Positions 1 through 10,871 of a stretch of DNA of 64,000 nt are shown here, piece after piece. Numbering within the stretch: the first letter of the stretch is position 1; every line of letters starts with the position of its first letter. Both the position numbers and the translations under genes were made by a program. Source of the DNA: Escherichia coli (lineage in GTDB: Bacteria > Pseudomonadota > Gammaproteobacteria > Enterobacterales > Enterobacteriaceae); NCBI RefSeq assembly GCF_045037415.1, contig NZ_CP173438.1; one strand, 5' to 3'. Under the pieces are notes generated by a model. The model was given only the letters and a program-made list of their open reading frames with translations, had not been told where the DNA came from and searched no databases.

Positions 1-274
1 CTGCGCGCAGGCTTGCCCCGAATCGCTATTTTCTCCGCGCCACACCAGGGCCTGGGATTTGCAGTTCACCATTGGGGACGCGTGCCTGGCGTATCAGTCA
101 GTTGAATGCCGCCGCTGTCAGGATAGCTGTGAGCCAATGGCAATTATCTTTCGCCCGACGCTCTCCGGGATCTACCAGCCGCAACTTAATAGCCAACTTT
201 GCAACGGATGTGGAGCATGTGCAGCCAGCTGTCCGGTATCAGCCATAACTGCGGAGTATCTCCATGCACACTAA
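1..274 (+). CDS. napF: Ferredoxin-type protein NapF, C-terminal part (5' end lies outside window)
   Basis: Frame continuous from window edge: ...ESLFSPRHTRAWDLQFTIGDACLAYQSVECRRCQDSCEP...CNGCGACAASCPVSAITAEYLHAH, with 4Fe-4S cysteine clusters; directly upstream of napD-napA. Confidence 0.9.
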   Translation, partial: CAQACPESLFSPRHTRAWDLQFTIGDACLAYQSVECRRCQDSCEPMAIIFRPTLSGIYQPQLNSQLCNGCGACAASCPVSAITAEYLHAH

Positions 275-527
275 CTGGCAAGTTTGCAGCCTGGTCGTGC
301 AGGCCAAAAGCGAACGAATTTCAGACATCAGCACCCAACTGAACGCCTTTACCGGCTGTGAAGTTGCTGTCAGCGACGCGCCGAGCGGTCAGTTGATTGT
401 GGTGGTGGAAGCAGAAGACAGCGAAACGCTGATCCAAACCATTGAGTCAGTACGCAACGTAGAGGGCGTGCTGGCGGTGTCGCTGGTTTATCACCAGCAG
501 GAAGAGCAAGGTGAGGAAACACCATGA
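264..527 (+). CDS. napD: NapD, chaperone for NapA Tat signal peptide
   Basis: 87-aa ORF MHTNWQVCSLVVQAK...; position between napF and napA; stop overlaps napA start (ATGA). Confidence 0.95.
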   Translation: MHTNWQVCSLVVQAKSERISDISTQLNAFTGCEVAVSDAPSGQLIVVVEAEDSETLIQTIESVRNVEGVLAVSLVYHQQEEQGEETP

Positions 528-3011
528 AACTCAGTCGTCGTAGCTTTATGAAAGCTAACGCCGTTGCGGCCGCTGCGGCGGCTGCCGGTTCTCAGCGTGC
601 CGGGCGTTGCCCGCGCCGTTGTTGGTCAGCAGGAAGCCATTAAATGGGATAAAGCGCCGTGCCGTTTCTGCGGTACGGGTTGCGGCGTTCTGGTCGGAAC
701 GCAGCAGGGGCGTGTGGTGGCTTGTCAGGGCGACCCGGACGCACCGGTTAACCGTGGCCTGAACTGCATTAAGGGCTATTTCCTGCCCAAAATCATGTAC
801 GGTAAAGACCGTTTGACGCAGCCGCTGCTGCGTATGAAAAACGGTAAATATGATAAAGAAGGCGAATTTACCCCAATCACCTGGGATCAGGCCTTCGATG
901 TGATGGAAGAGAAATTCAAAACCGCCCTGAAAGAAAAAGGGCCGGAATCGATCGGTATGTTCGGTTCTGGTCAGTGGACTATCTGGGAAGGTTATGCCGC
1001 GTCCAAGCTGTTTAAAGCGGGCTTCCGTTCGAACAACATCGACCCGAACGCGCGTCACTGTATGGCGTCGGCAGTAGTTGGCTTTATGCGTACCTTTGGT
1101 ATGGATGAGCCGATGGGCTGCTATGACGACATCGAGCAGGCTGACGCGTTTGTGCTGTGGGGCGCAAACATGGCGGAGATGCACCCGATCCTCTGGTCGC
1201 GCATCACTAACCGTCGTCTCTCTAACCAGAACGTTACCGTGGCGGTGCTTTCTACCTACCAGCATCGTAGCTTCGAGCTGGCGGATAACGGCATCATCTT
1301 TACGCCGCAATCTGACCTGGTGATCCTGAACTATATCGCCAACTATATCATTCAAAACAATGCGATAAATCAGGACTTCTTCAGCAAACACGTTAACCTG
1401 CGCAAAGGGGCGACGGACATCGGCTACGGTTTACGTCCGACCCATCCGCTGGAAAAAGCAGCGAAGAATCCGGGTTCTGACGCCTCCGAACCGATGAGCT
1501 TTGAAGATTACAAAGCCTTCGTTGCTGAATATACGCTGGAAAAAACCGCCGAAATGACCGGCGTGCCGAAAGACCAGTTAGAACAACTGGCGCAGCTGTA
1601 TGCCGATCCGAACAAGAAAGTCATCTCCTACTGGACGATGGGCTTCAACCAGCATACCCGTGGTGTGTGGGCCAACAACCTGGTCTACAACCTGCACCTG
1701 CTGACCGGCAAAATTTCCCAGCCGGGTTGCGGTCCGTTCTCCCTGACCGGGCAGCCTTCCGCGTGTGGTACTGCGCGTGAAGTGGGCACCTTTGCTCACC
1801 GTCTGCCTGCGGACATGGTGGTGACTAACGAGAAACATCGTGATATTTGCGAGAAGAAGTGGAATATCCCGAGTGGCACCATTCCGGCGAAAATCGGTCT
1901 GCACGCGGTGGCACAAGACCGTGCGCTGAAAGACGGCAAACTGAATGTTTACTGGACCATGTGTACCAATAACATGCAGGCCGGACCGAACATTAATGAA
2001 GAGCGTATGCCGGGCTGGCGCGATCCGCGCAACTTTATCATCGTTTCCGATCCATATCCGACGGTCAGTGCGCTGGCAGCGGACTTGATCCTGCCGACCG
2101 CAATGTGGGTAGAGAAAGAGGGGGCTTACGGTAATGCCGAACGCCGTACTCAGTTCTGGCGTCAGCAGGTACAGGCACCGGGTGAAGCAAAATCGGATCT
2201 CTGGCAGTTAGTTCAGTTCTCCCGTCGCTTCAAAACTGAAGAAGTGTGGCCGGAAGAGCTGCTGGCTAAGAAACCGGAACTGCGTGGCAAAACGCTGTAT
2301 GAGGTTCTGTATGCCACTCCGGAAGTGAGCAAATTCCCGGTATCCGAACTGGCGGAAGATCAGCTGAACGACGAATCTCGCGAGCTGGGCTTCTATCTGC
2401 AAAAAGGGTTGTTCGAAGAGTACGCATGGTTTGGTCGCGGTCACGGTCACGATCTCGCGCCGTTCGATGATTACCACAAAGCACGCGGTCTGCGCTGGCC
2501 GGTGGTGAACGGTAAAGAAACGCAGTGGCGTTACAGCGAAGGTAACGACCCGTACGTGAAAGCGGGCGAAGGCTACAAGTTCTACGGTAAACCGGATGGC
2601 AAAGCGGTGATCTTCGCGCTGCCGTTCGAACCTGCGGCGGAAGCGCCGGATGAAGAGTACGACCTGTGGCTCTCTACCGGACGCGTCCTGGAGCACTGGC
2701 ATACCGGCAGTATGACTCGCCGTGTACCGGAACTGCACCGCGCCTTCCCGGAAGCGGTTCTGTTTATTCACCCGCTGGATGCGAAAGCGCGCGATCTGCG
2801 CCGTGGCGACAAAGTGAAAGTGGTTTCTCGCCGTGGCGAAGTGATCTCGATTGTCGAAACGCGCGGTCGTAACCGTCCGCCGCAGGGCCTGGTGTACATG
2901 CCGTTCTTCGACGCCGCACAGCTGGTTAACAAACTGACGCTGGATGCGACCGATCCGCTCTCGAAAGAGACGGACTTCAAGAAGTGCGCGGTCAAACTGG
3001 AGAAGGTGTAA
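524..3011 (+). CDS. napA: Periplasmic nitrate reductase catalytic subunit NapA, disrupted by an apparent +1 frameshift at about 589-590 (pseudogene or sequence error)
   Basis: ATG at 524 encodes Tat leader [22 protein letters not shown], then frame stops at 641-643; the rest of NapA ([32 protein letters not shown]... to ...[10 protein letters not shown]) is in the +1 frame as the 815-aa ORF 564..3011. Confidence 0.9.
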
Positions 3012-3017
3012 GCCATT

Positions 3018-3713
3018 ATGTCCCGGTCAGCGAAACCTCAAAATGGTCGCCGCCGCTTTCTGCGCGATGTCGTTCGCACAGCAGGCGGGCTGGCTGCCGT
3101 GGGTGTGGCGCTGGGGTTACAACAGCAAACCGCACGCGCATCTGGTGTGCGGTTGCGCCCGCCCGGAGCCATAAACGAGAACGCCTTTGCCAGTGCCTGT
3201 GTGCGTTGCGGTCAGTGTGTTCAGGCTTGCCCTTACGACACCTTAAAACTGGCGACGCTGGCCTCTGGTCTGTCGGCGGGCACGCCATATTTTGTCGCAC
3301 GGGATATTCCTTGCGAAATGTGTGAGGACATTCCGTGCGCCAAAGTGTGCCCGAGCGGTGCGCTGGATCGTGAGATCGAATCGATCGACGACGCGCGGAT
3401 GGGGCTGGCGGTACTGGTGGACCAGGAAAACTGTCTCAACTTTCAGGGGCTGCGCTGCGATGTTTGTTATCGCGAATGCCCGAAAATTGATGAGGCCATC
3501 ACCCTGGAGCTGGAGCGCAACACGCGAACCGGTAAGCACGCCCGCTTTCTGCCGACGGTTCACAGCGACGCCTGTACCGGCTGCGGTAAGTGCGAAAAAG
3601 TGTGCGTGCTGGAACAACCGGCAATCAAGGTGTTACCGCTGTCACTGGCGAAAGGGGAGTTAGGTCACCATTACCGCTTCGGCTGGCTGGAGGGGAACAA
3701 TGGCAAATCGTAA
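3018..3713 (+). CDS. napG: Ferredoxin-type protein NapG (quinol dehydrogenase periplasmic component)
   Basis: 231-aa ORF with Tat-like leader ([23 protein letters not shown]) and multiple CxxCxxCxxxCP motifs. Confidence 0.93.
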
Positions 3714-4563
3714 ACGTGACGCCGGGCGCGAGGCGCTGGAGAAAAAAGGCTGGTGGCGCAGTCACCGTTGGTTAGTGTTACGTCGCCTTTGTCAGTTCTT
3801 CGTGCTGGGGATGTTTTTGAGCGGTCCGTGGTTTGGTGTGTGGATCTTGCACGGCAACTACAGCAGTAGCCTGTTATTCGACACCGTTCCACTGACCGAT
3901 CCGCTGATGACACTGCAAAGTCTTGCCAGCGGTCATCTGCCTGCCACGGTAGCGCTGACTGGTGCGGTGATTATCACCGTGCTCTACGCCCTGGCAGGAA
4001 AGCGATTATTTTGCAGCTGGGTCTGCCCGCTGAACCCGATTACCGACTTAGCAAATTGGTTACGCAGACGATTTGACCTCAATCAGTCTGCGACGATCCC
4101 TCGCCACATTCGCTACGTGCTGTTGGTGATCATTCTGGTGGGATCGGCCTTAACTGGCACGCTCATCTGGGAATGGATCAACCCCGTTTCCCTGATGGGG
4201 CGTAGCCTGGTAATGGGCTTCGGCAGCGGCGCGCTGCTTATTCTCGCGCTGTTTTTATTTGATCTACTGGTCGTTGAACACGGCTGGTGCGGGCACATTT
4301 GTCCGGTTGGTGCACTGTATGGCGTGCTGGGTAGCAAAGGTGTGATTACCGTTGCGGCCACCGATCGGCAGAAATGTAACCGCTGTATGGATTGTTTTCA
4401 TGTTTGCCCGGAACCGCATGTGCTACGTGCCCCGGTGCTGGATGAACAAAGCCCGGTGCAGGTCACCAGCCGCGATTGCATGACGTGCGGTCGCTGCGTG
4501 GATGTCTGTTCTGAGGATGTATTTACAATAACTACACGATGGAGTTCGGGAGCGAAATCATGA
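3700..4563 (+). CDS. napH: Ferredoxin-type membrane protein NapH
   Basis: 287-aa ORF with hydrophobic segments and C-terminal 4Fe-4S Cys motifs; overlaps napG end and napB start. Confidence 0.93.
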
Positions 4564-5009
4564 AAAGCCATGACCTGAAGAAAGCGCTGTGTCAATGGAC
4601 GGCGATGCTGGCCCTGGTGGTAAGCGGCGCGGTTTGGGCGGCTAATGGCGTCGATTTTAGCCAGTCGCCGGAAGTATCCGGGACGCAGGAAGGGGCCATT
4701 CGGATGCCAAAAGAGCAGGATCGGATGCCGCTGAACTATGTGAATCAGCCGCCAATGATCCCGCATAGCGTTGAAGGTTATCAGGTAACGACCAATACCA
4801 ACCGCTGCTTGCAGTGCCACGGTGTCGAAAGTTATCGCACCACTGGCGCGCCGCGCATTAGTCCTACTCACTTTATGGACAGCGACGGCAAAGTGGGCGC
4901 GGAAGTGGCTCCGCGTCGTTATTTCTGTCTGCAATGTCACGTACCGCAGGCCGATACCGCGCCAATCGTGGGGAATACCTTTACCCCGTCAAAAGGTTAC
5001 GGGAAATAA
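4560..5009 (+). CDS. napB: Diheme cytochrome c NapB
   Basis: [27 protein letters not shown] signal peptide; two CxxCH heme motifs (CLQCH, CLQCH); start taken at internal ATG 4560 (ATGA overlap with napH). Confidence 0.92.
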   Translation: MKSHDLKKALCQWTAMLALVVSGAVWAANGVDFSQSPEVSGTQEGAIRMPKEQDRMPLNYVNQPPMIPHSVEGYQVTTNTNRCLQCHGVESYRTTGAPRISPTHFMDSDGKVGAEVAPRRYFCLQCHVPQADTAPIVGNTFTPSKGYGK

Positions 5010-5018
5010 GAGGTTATT

Positions 5019-5621
5019 ATGGGAAATTCTGACCGTAAGCCTGGTCTGATTAAGCGCCTGTGGAAATGGTGGCGTACCCCCAGCCGTCTGGCGCTGGGGA
5101 CGCTGCTGTTGATCGGTTTTGTCGGTGGCATCGTCTTCTGGGGCGGCTTTAACACCGGGATGGAAAAAGCCAATACCGAAGAGTTCTGCATTAGCTGCCA
5201 CGAAATGCGTAACACGGTGTATCAGGAATACATGGATTCCGTGCACTACAACAACCGTAGCGGCGTCCGTGCGACCTGTCCGGATTGTCACGTTCCGCAC
5301 GAGTTTGTGCCAAAGATGATACGCAAGCTCAAAGCAAGTAAAGAGCTGTATGGTAAAATTTTTGGCGTTATTGACACGCCGCAGAAATTTGAAGCTCATC
5401 GCCTGACGATGGCACAGAATGAGTGGCGGCGCATGAAGGACAACAACTCGCAGGAGTGCCGTAACTGTCACAACTTCGAGTATATGGATACAACCGCCCA
5501 GAAATCGGTTGCCGCGAAGATGCATGACCAGGCGGTGAAAGATGGGCAAACCTGTATTGATTGCCATAAAGGGATAGCGCACAAGCTGCCCGACATGCGT
5601 GAAGTCGAGCCAGGTTTTTAA
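5019..5621 (+). CDS. napC: Tetraheme cytochrome c NapC (NapC/NirT family)
   Basis: 200-aa ORF; N-terminal membrane anchor; four CxxCH motifs (CISCH, CPDCH, CRNCH, CIDCH). Confidence 0.93.
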   Translation: MGNSDRKPGLIKRLWKWWRTPSRLALGTLLLIGFVGGIVFWGGFNTGMEKANTEEFCISCHEMRNTVYQEYMDSVHYNNRSGVRATCPDCHVPHEFVPKMIRKLKASKELYGKIFGVIDTPQKFEAHRLTMAQNEWRRMKDNNSQECRNCHNFEYMDTTAQKSVAAKMHDQAVKDGQTCIDCHKGIAHKLPDMREVEPGF

Positions 5622-5633
5622 CAGGGTTATTGC

Positions 5634-6257
5634 GTGAGTATGCTTGAAGCCAGAGAGTTACTTTGCGAGCGGGATGAACGAACCTTATTTAGTGGTTTAT
5701 CATTTACGCTGAACGCAGGAGAGTGGGTACAAATCACCGGTAGCAACGGCGCGGGGAAGACAACGCTTCTCCGTTTGCTGACGGGGTTGTCTCGCCCTGA
5801 TGCAGGCGAGGTTCTCTGGCAAGGGCAGCCCTTGCATCAGGTACGCGACAGCTACCATCAAAACCTGTTATGGATAGGCCATCAGCCGGGGATCAAAACC
5901 CGGCTGACGGCGTTAGAAAATCTGCACTTTTATCATCGCGATGGCGATACCGCACAATGTCTGGAAGCCCTGGCGCAGGCCGGGCTTGCCGGATTCGAAG
6001 ATATTCCGGTAAATCAACTTTCTGCCGGGCAACAACGCCGCGTCGCTTTAGCGCGTCTGTGGCTGACCCGTGCCACGTTATGGATCCTCGACGAGCCTTT
6101 TACCGCGATTGACGTTAATGGCGTCGATCGTCTGACCCAGCGTATGGCGCAGCATACGGAGCAGGGGGGGATTGTGATTCTGACTACCCACCAGCCGCTC
6201 AACGTTGCTGAAAGTAAAATTCGCCGCATTTCACTGACGCAAACGAGGGCCGCATGA
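5634..6257 (+). CDS. ccmA: Cytochrome c maturation ABC transporter ATPase CcmA
   Basis: 207-aa ORF with Walker [10 protein letters not shown] and ABC signature LSAGQQRR; first gene of ccm cluster. Confidence 0.93.
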   Translation: MSMLEARELLCERDERTLFSGLSFTLNAGEWVQITGSNGAGKTTLLRLLTGLSRPDAGEVLWQGQPLHQVRDSYHQNLLWIGHQPGIKTRLTALENLHFYHRDGDTAQCLEALAQAGLAGFEDIPVNQLSAGQQRRVALARLWLTRATLWILDEPFTAIDVNGVDRLTQRMAQHTEQGGIVILTTHQPLNVAESKIRRISLTQTRAA

Positions 6258-6916
6258 TGTTCTGGCGCATTTTCCGTCTTGAGCTGCGCGTAGCGTTTCG
6301 CCACAGCGCCGAAATCGCCAACCCGCTGTGGTTCTTCCTGATTGTCATTACCCTTTTTCCGCTCAGTATCGGTCCGGAGCCGCAACTGCTGGCGCGTATT
6401 GCGCCGGGTATTATCTGGGTTGCCGCGCTGCTTTCATCCTTGCTGGCACTCGAGCGACTGTTCCGTGACGATTTGCAGGACGGCAGTCTTGAACAATTGA
6501 TGTTGTTGCCGTTACCCTTGCCCGCCGTTGTGCTGGCGAAGGTGATGGCGCACTGGATGGTAACCGGTCTGCCGTTACTCATCCTTTCGCCCCTGGTAGC
6601 AATGCTACTGGGAATGGATGTTTATGGCTGGCAAGTGATGGCGTTAACGCTACTGCTGGGAACCCCTACGCTTGGCTTTCTTGGTGCGCCGGGCGTGGCG
6701 CTGACAGTGGGACTTAAGCGCGGTGGTGTGCTGCTCAGCATACTGGTGTTACCGCTGACTATCCCATTACTCATCTTTGCCACCGCCGCGATGGACGCGG
6801 CTTCTATGCATTTGCCCGTTGATGGGTATCTGGCAATTTTAGGCGCGTTGCTGGCAGGCACCGCGACATTAAGTCCTTTTGCGACGGCGGCAGCGTTACG
6901 AATCAGCATTCAATAA
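6254..6916 (+). CDS. ccmB: Heme exporter membrane protein CcmB
   Basis: 220-aa polytopic membrane ORF; ATGA overlap with ccmA. Confidence 0.93.
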
Positions 6917-6957
6917 CGCTGGATTACTGATTTTTGTTCGAGTCTGGTATCGAAACT

Positions 6958-7695
6958 ATGTGGAAAACACTGCATCAACTGGCGATCCCACCACGGCTGT
7001 ATCAAATCTGTGGCTGGTTTATACCGTGGCTGGCAATTGCCAGTGTGGTCGTGCTTACCGTCGGCTGGATCTGGGGGTTCGGCTTTGCTCCGGCTGATTA
7101 TCAGCAGGGAAATAGCTACCGCATTATCTACCTGCATGTGCCTGCGGCGATCTGGTCGATGGGCATTTATGCATCAATGGCGGTGGCGGCGTTTATTGGC
7201 CTTGTCTGGCAGATGAAAATGGCCAACCTGGCGGTGGCGGCGATGGCCCCCATTGGTGCCGTGTTTACCTTTATTGCCCTGGTTACCGGCTCTGCATGGG
7301 GAAAACCGATGTGGGGCACCTGGTGGGTATGGGATGCACGTCTGACTTCTGAACTGGTGCTGCTGTTTCTGTATGTTGGTGTCATTGCCCTGTGGCACGC
7401 CTTCGACGACCGTCGTCTGGCTGGGCGTGCGGCAGGTATCCTGGTGCTGATTGGCGTGGTGAATCTGCCGATTATTCATTACTCCGTAGAGTGGTGGAAC
7501 ACCCTGCATCAGGGATCAACGCGAATGCAGCAAAGTATCGATCCGGCGATGCGTTCGCCGCTGCGCTGGTCGATTTTGGGCTTCCTGCTCCTGTCTGCCA
7601 CGCTGACGCTGATGCGGATGCGTAATTTGATTTTGCTGATGGAAAAACGCCGTCCGTGGGTGAGTGAACTGATACTGAAAAGAGGCCGTAAATGA
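6958..7695 (+). CDS. ccmC: Heme exporter protein CcmC
   Basis: MWKTLHQLAIPPRLYQ...; WGxxWxWD tryptophan-rich motif (WGTWWVWDARL); start chosen at internal ATG for a 245-aa product. Confidence 0.92.
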   Translation: MWKTLHQLAIPPRLYQICGWFIPWLAIASVVVLTVGWIWGFGFAPADYQQGNSYRIIYLHVPAAIWSMGIYASMAVAAFIGLVWQMKMANLAVAAMAPIGAVFTFIALVTGSAWGKPMWGTWWVWDARLTSELVLLFLYVGVIALWHAFDDRRLAGRAAGILVLIGVVNLPIIHYSVEWWNTLHQGSTRMQQSIDPAMRSPLRWSILGFLLLSATLTLMRMRNLILLMEKRRPWVSELILKRGRK

Positions 7696-7901
7696 CCCCT
7701 GCATTTGCTTCCTGGAATGAATTTTTCGCAATGGGCGGTTACGCCTTTTTTGTCTGGCTGGCGGTGGTGATGACCGTTATTCCGCTGGTGGTTTTAGTCG
7801 TGCACTCGGTGATGCAACATCGCGCAATTCTGCGTGGCGTGGCGCAACAGCGGGCGCGTGAGGCGCGTTTACGTGCTGCGCAACAGCAGGAGGCTGCATG
7901 A
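7692..7901 (+). CDS. ccmD: Heme exporter protein CcmD
   Basis: 69-aa small membrane protein; overlaps ccmC end and ccmE start. Confidence 0.9.
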
Positions 7902-8377
7902 ATATTCGCCGTAAAAACCGCTTGTGGATTGCCTGTGCCGTGCTGGCGGGGCTGGCGCTGACTATCGGTCTGGTGCTATATGCGCTGCGCTCGAATATCG
8001 ATCTCTTTTATACGCCGGGGGAGATTCTCTACGGCAAGCGTGAAACTCAGCAGATGCCGGAAGTCGGTCAGCGTCTGCGCGTTGGCGGGATGGTGATGCC
8101 GGGGAGTGTGCAGCGCGATCCCAATTCGCTAAAAGTAACTTTCACCATTTACGACGCTGAAGGTTCAGTAGATGTCTCTTACGAAGGCATTTTGCCGGAT
8201 CTGTTCCGTGAAGGGCAGGGCGTTGTGGTGCAGGGCGAACTGGAAAAAGGCAATCATATCCTCGCGAAAGAAGTGCTGGCGAAACACGATGAAAACTACA
8301 CGCCGCCAGAAGTTGAGAAAGCGATGGAAGCTAACCACCGTCGCCCGGCGAGTGTTTATAAGGACCCAGCATCATGA
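7898..8377 (+). CDS. ccmE: Heme chaperone CcmE
   Basis: 159-aa [21 protein letters not shown]..., membrane anchor plus periplasmic domain. Confidence 0.93.
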
Positions 8378-10317
8378 TGCCAGAAATTGGTAACGGGCTG
8401 CTGTGTCTGGCGCTAGGAATTGCGCTGCTGCTGTCTGTGTATCCGCTATGGGGCGTGGCGCGCGGGGACGCGCGCATGATGGCGTCTTCCCGCTTGTTTG
8501 CCTGGCTGCTGTTTATGTCTGTGGCTGGCGCATTTCTGGTGCTGGTCAATGCTTTCGTGGTCAACGACTTTACCGTCACCTATGTTGCCAGCAACTCCAA
8601 TACCCAGCTTCCGGTGTGGTATCGCGTGGCGGCTACCTGGGGCGCGCATGAAGGCTCGCTCCTGCTGTGGGTGCTACTGATGAGCGGCTGGACCTTTGCG
8701 GTAGCGATTTTTAGTCAGCGTATTCCGCTGGATATTGTTGCCCGCGTACTGGCGATAATGGGGATGGTCAGTGTCGGCTTTTTGCTGTTCATTCTCTTTA
8801 CCTCTAACCCGTTCTCACGCACGCTGCCGAATTTCCCGATTGAAGGGCGCGATCTTAACCCGTTGTTGCAGGATCCGGGGCTGATTTTCCACCCGCCTCT
8901 GCTCTATATGGGGTACGTCGGTTTCTCGGTGGCGTTTGCTTTTGCCATTGCATCTTTGTTGAGTGGGCGTCTGGACAGCACTTATGCGCGTTTTACTCGT
9001 CCGTGGACGCTGGCTGCGTGGATCTTCCTGACGCTCGGCATTGTGCTCGGTTCCGCATGGGCCTATTACGAACTCGGCTGGGGCGGCTGGTGGTTCTGGG
9101 ATCCGGTAGAAAACGCCTCGTTTATGCCGTGGCTGGTGGGGACTGCGCTGATGCACTCACTGGCGGTCACTGAACAACGCGCCAGCTTCAAAGCGTGGAC
9201 ATTACTGCTGGCAATCAGTGCCTTCTCGTTGTGTCTGCTGGGGACTTTCCTCGTGCGTTCCGGCGTGCTGGTATCGGTACACGCGTTTGCGTCTGATCCG
9301 GCGCGCGGTATGTTTATCCTCGCCTTTATGGTGCTGGTGATTGGCGGTTCGCTGCTGCTGTTTGCCGCGCGTGGACACAAAGTTCGCTCACGCGTAAACA
9401 ATGCGCTGTGGTCGCGGGAATCTTTGCTGTTAGCGAACAACGTTTTGCTGGTAGCCGCGATGCTGGTGGTGTTGCTGGGGACGTTGCTGCCGCTGGTGCA
9501 CAAGCAACTGGGACTGGGCAGTATTTCGATTGGCGAACCGTTCTTCAACACCATGTTTACCTGGCTGATGGTGCCGTTTGCGCTACTGCTTGGTGTCGGC
9601 CCTCTGGTGCGCTGGGGACGCGATCGCCCACGTAAAATCCGCAATTTGTTGATTATCGCCTTCATCTCTACGCTGGTGCTGTCGCTGCTGTTGCCGTGGC
9701 TGTTCGAAAGCAAAGTTGTGGCGATGACGGTGCTCGGCCTGGCAATGGCCTGCTGGATTGCGGTGCTGGCAATTGCGGAAGCTGCGCTGCGTATTTCACG
9801 CGGCACGAAAACCACCTTCAGTTATTGGGGGATGGTGGCAGCTCACCTGGGGCTGGCAGTGACAATTGTTGGCATTGCTTTTAGTCAGAACTATAGCGTT
9901 GAGCGTGATGTGCGCATGAAGTCCGGCGATAGCGTCGATATTCATGAATATCGCTTCACCTTCCGTGATGTCAAAGAAGTGACTGGTCCAAACTGGCGTG
10001 GCGGTGTGGCGACTATCGGCGTAACGCGAGATGGCAAGCCGGAAACAGTGCTGTATGCAGAAAAACGTTATTACAACACTGCCGGGTCGATGATGACCGA
10101 AGCGGCGATTGACGGTGGCATCACGCGTGACCTGTACGCGGCGCTCGGTGAAGAGCTGGAAAACGGCGCGTGGGCCGTGCGTCTTTACTACAAACCATTT
10201 GTTCGCTGGATTTGGGCGGGCGGGCTGATGATGGCGTTGGGCGGACTGCTGTGTCTGTTTGATCCTCGCTATCGTAAGCGCGTGAACCCGCAGAAAACTG
10301 CGCCGGAGGCTGCATGA
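8374..10317 (+). CDS. ccmF: Cytochrome c-type biogenesis protein CcmF (heme lyase component)
   Basis: 647-aa polytopic ORF with WWD-like motif ([12 protein letters not shown]). Confidence 0.93.
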
Positions 10318-10871
10318 AGCGCAAGGTATTGTTAATTCCGTTGATTATCTTCCTGGCGATTGCCGCGGCGCTGCTGTGGCAGCTGGCGCGTAATGCCGAA
10401 GGGGATGATCCGACCAATCTGGAATCGGCGCTCATTGGCAAGCCAGTGCCGAAGTTTCGCCTCGAATCACTGGACAATCCGGGGCAGTTTTATCAGGCGG
10501 ATGTGCTGACTCAGGGCAAACCAGTGCTGCTTAACGTCTGGGCGACCTGGTGTCCGACCTGCCGTGCGGAACATCAATATCTGAATCAGCTTTCTGCGCA
10601 GGGCATCCGCGTGGTCGGCATGAACTATAAAGACGATCGCCAGAAGGCAATCAGCTGGCTGAAAGAGCTGGGCAATCCTTACGCGCTAAGCCTGTTTGAT
10701 GGCGACGGCATGTTAGGGCTGGATCTCGGTGTCTATGGCGCGCCAGAAACGTTCCTTATTGACGGCAACGGCATCATTCGCTATCGCCATGCGGGCGATC
10801 TCAATCCTCGCGTCTGGGAAGAAGAGATCAAGCCACTGTGGGAGAAATACAGTAAGGAGGCCGCACAATGA
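10314..10871 (+). CDS. ccmG: Thiol:disulfide interchange protein CcmG/DsbE
   Basis: 185-aa ORF with thioredoxin motif WCPTC (LLNVWATWCPTCRAEH). Confidence 0.93.
   Translation: MKRKVLLIPLIIFLAIAAALLWQLARNAEGDDPTNLESALIGKPVPKFRLESLDNPGQFYQADVLTQGKPVLLNVWATWCPTCRAEHQYLNQLSAQGIRVVGMNYKDDRQKAISWLKELGNPYALSLFDGDGMLGLDLGVYGAPETFLIDGNGIIRYRHAGDLNPRVWEEEIKPLWEKYSKEAAQ

Noticed and set aside
581-592. Hypothesis that the frameshifts reflect deliberate removal of BsaI (GGTCTC) sites
   Set aside because: Other GGTCTC sites remain intact in the window (for example near 19631 and 39770), and site domestication would use synonymous changes, not insertions.
524-643. Programmed ribosomal frameshifting in napA or yejB
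   Set aside because: No slippery heptamer with an in-frame stop arrangement like prfB, and neither gene is known to require frameshifting. A lesion or artifact is more parsimonious.
555-1391. 278-aa ORF antisense within napA, and similar long antisense ORFs (2208..2771, 9066..9815, 38832..39542, 52987..53838)
   Set aside because: They lie entirely inside well-supported genes on the opposite strand, have Arg/Ala/Pro-rich compositions typical of antisense reading of GC-rich coding DNA, and have no start context. Treated as spurious.
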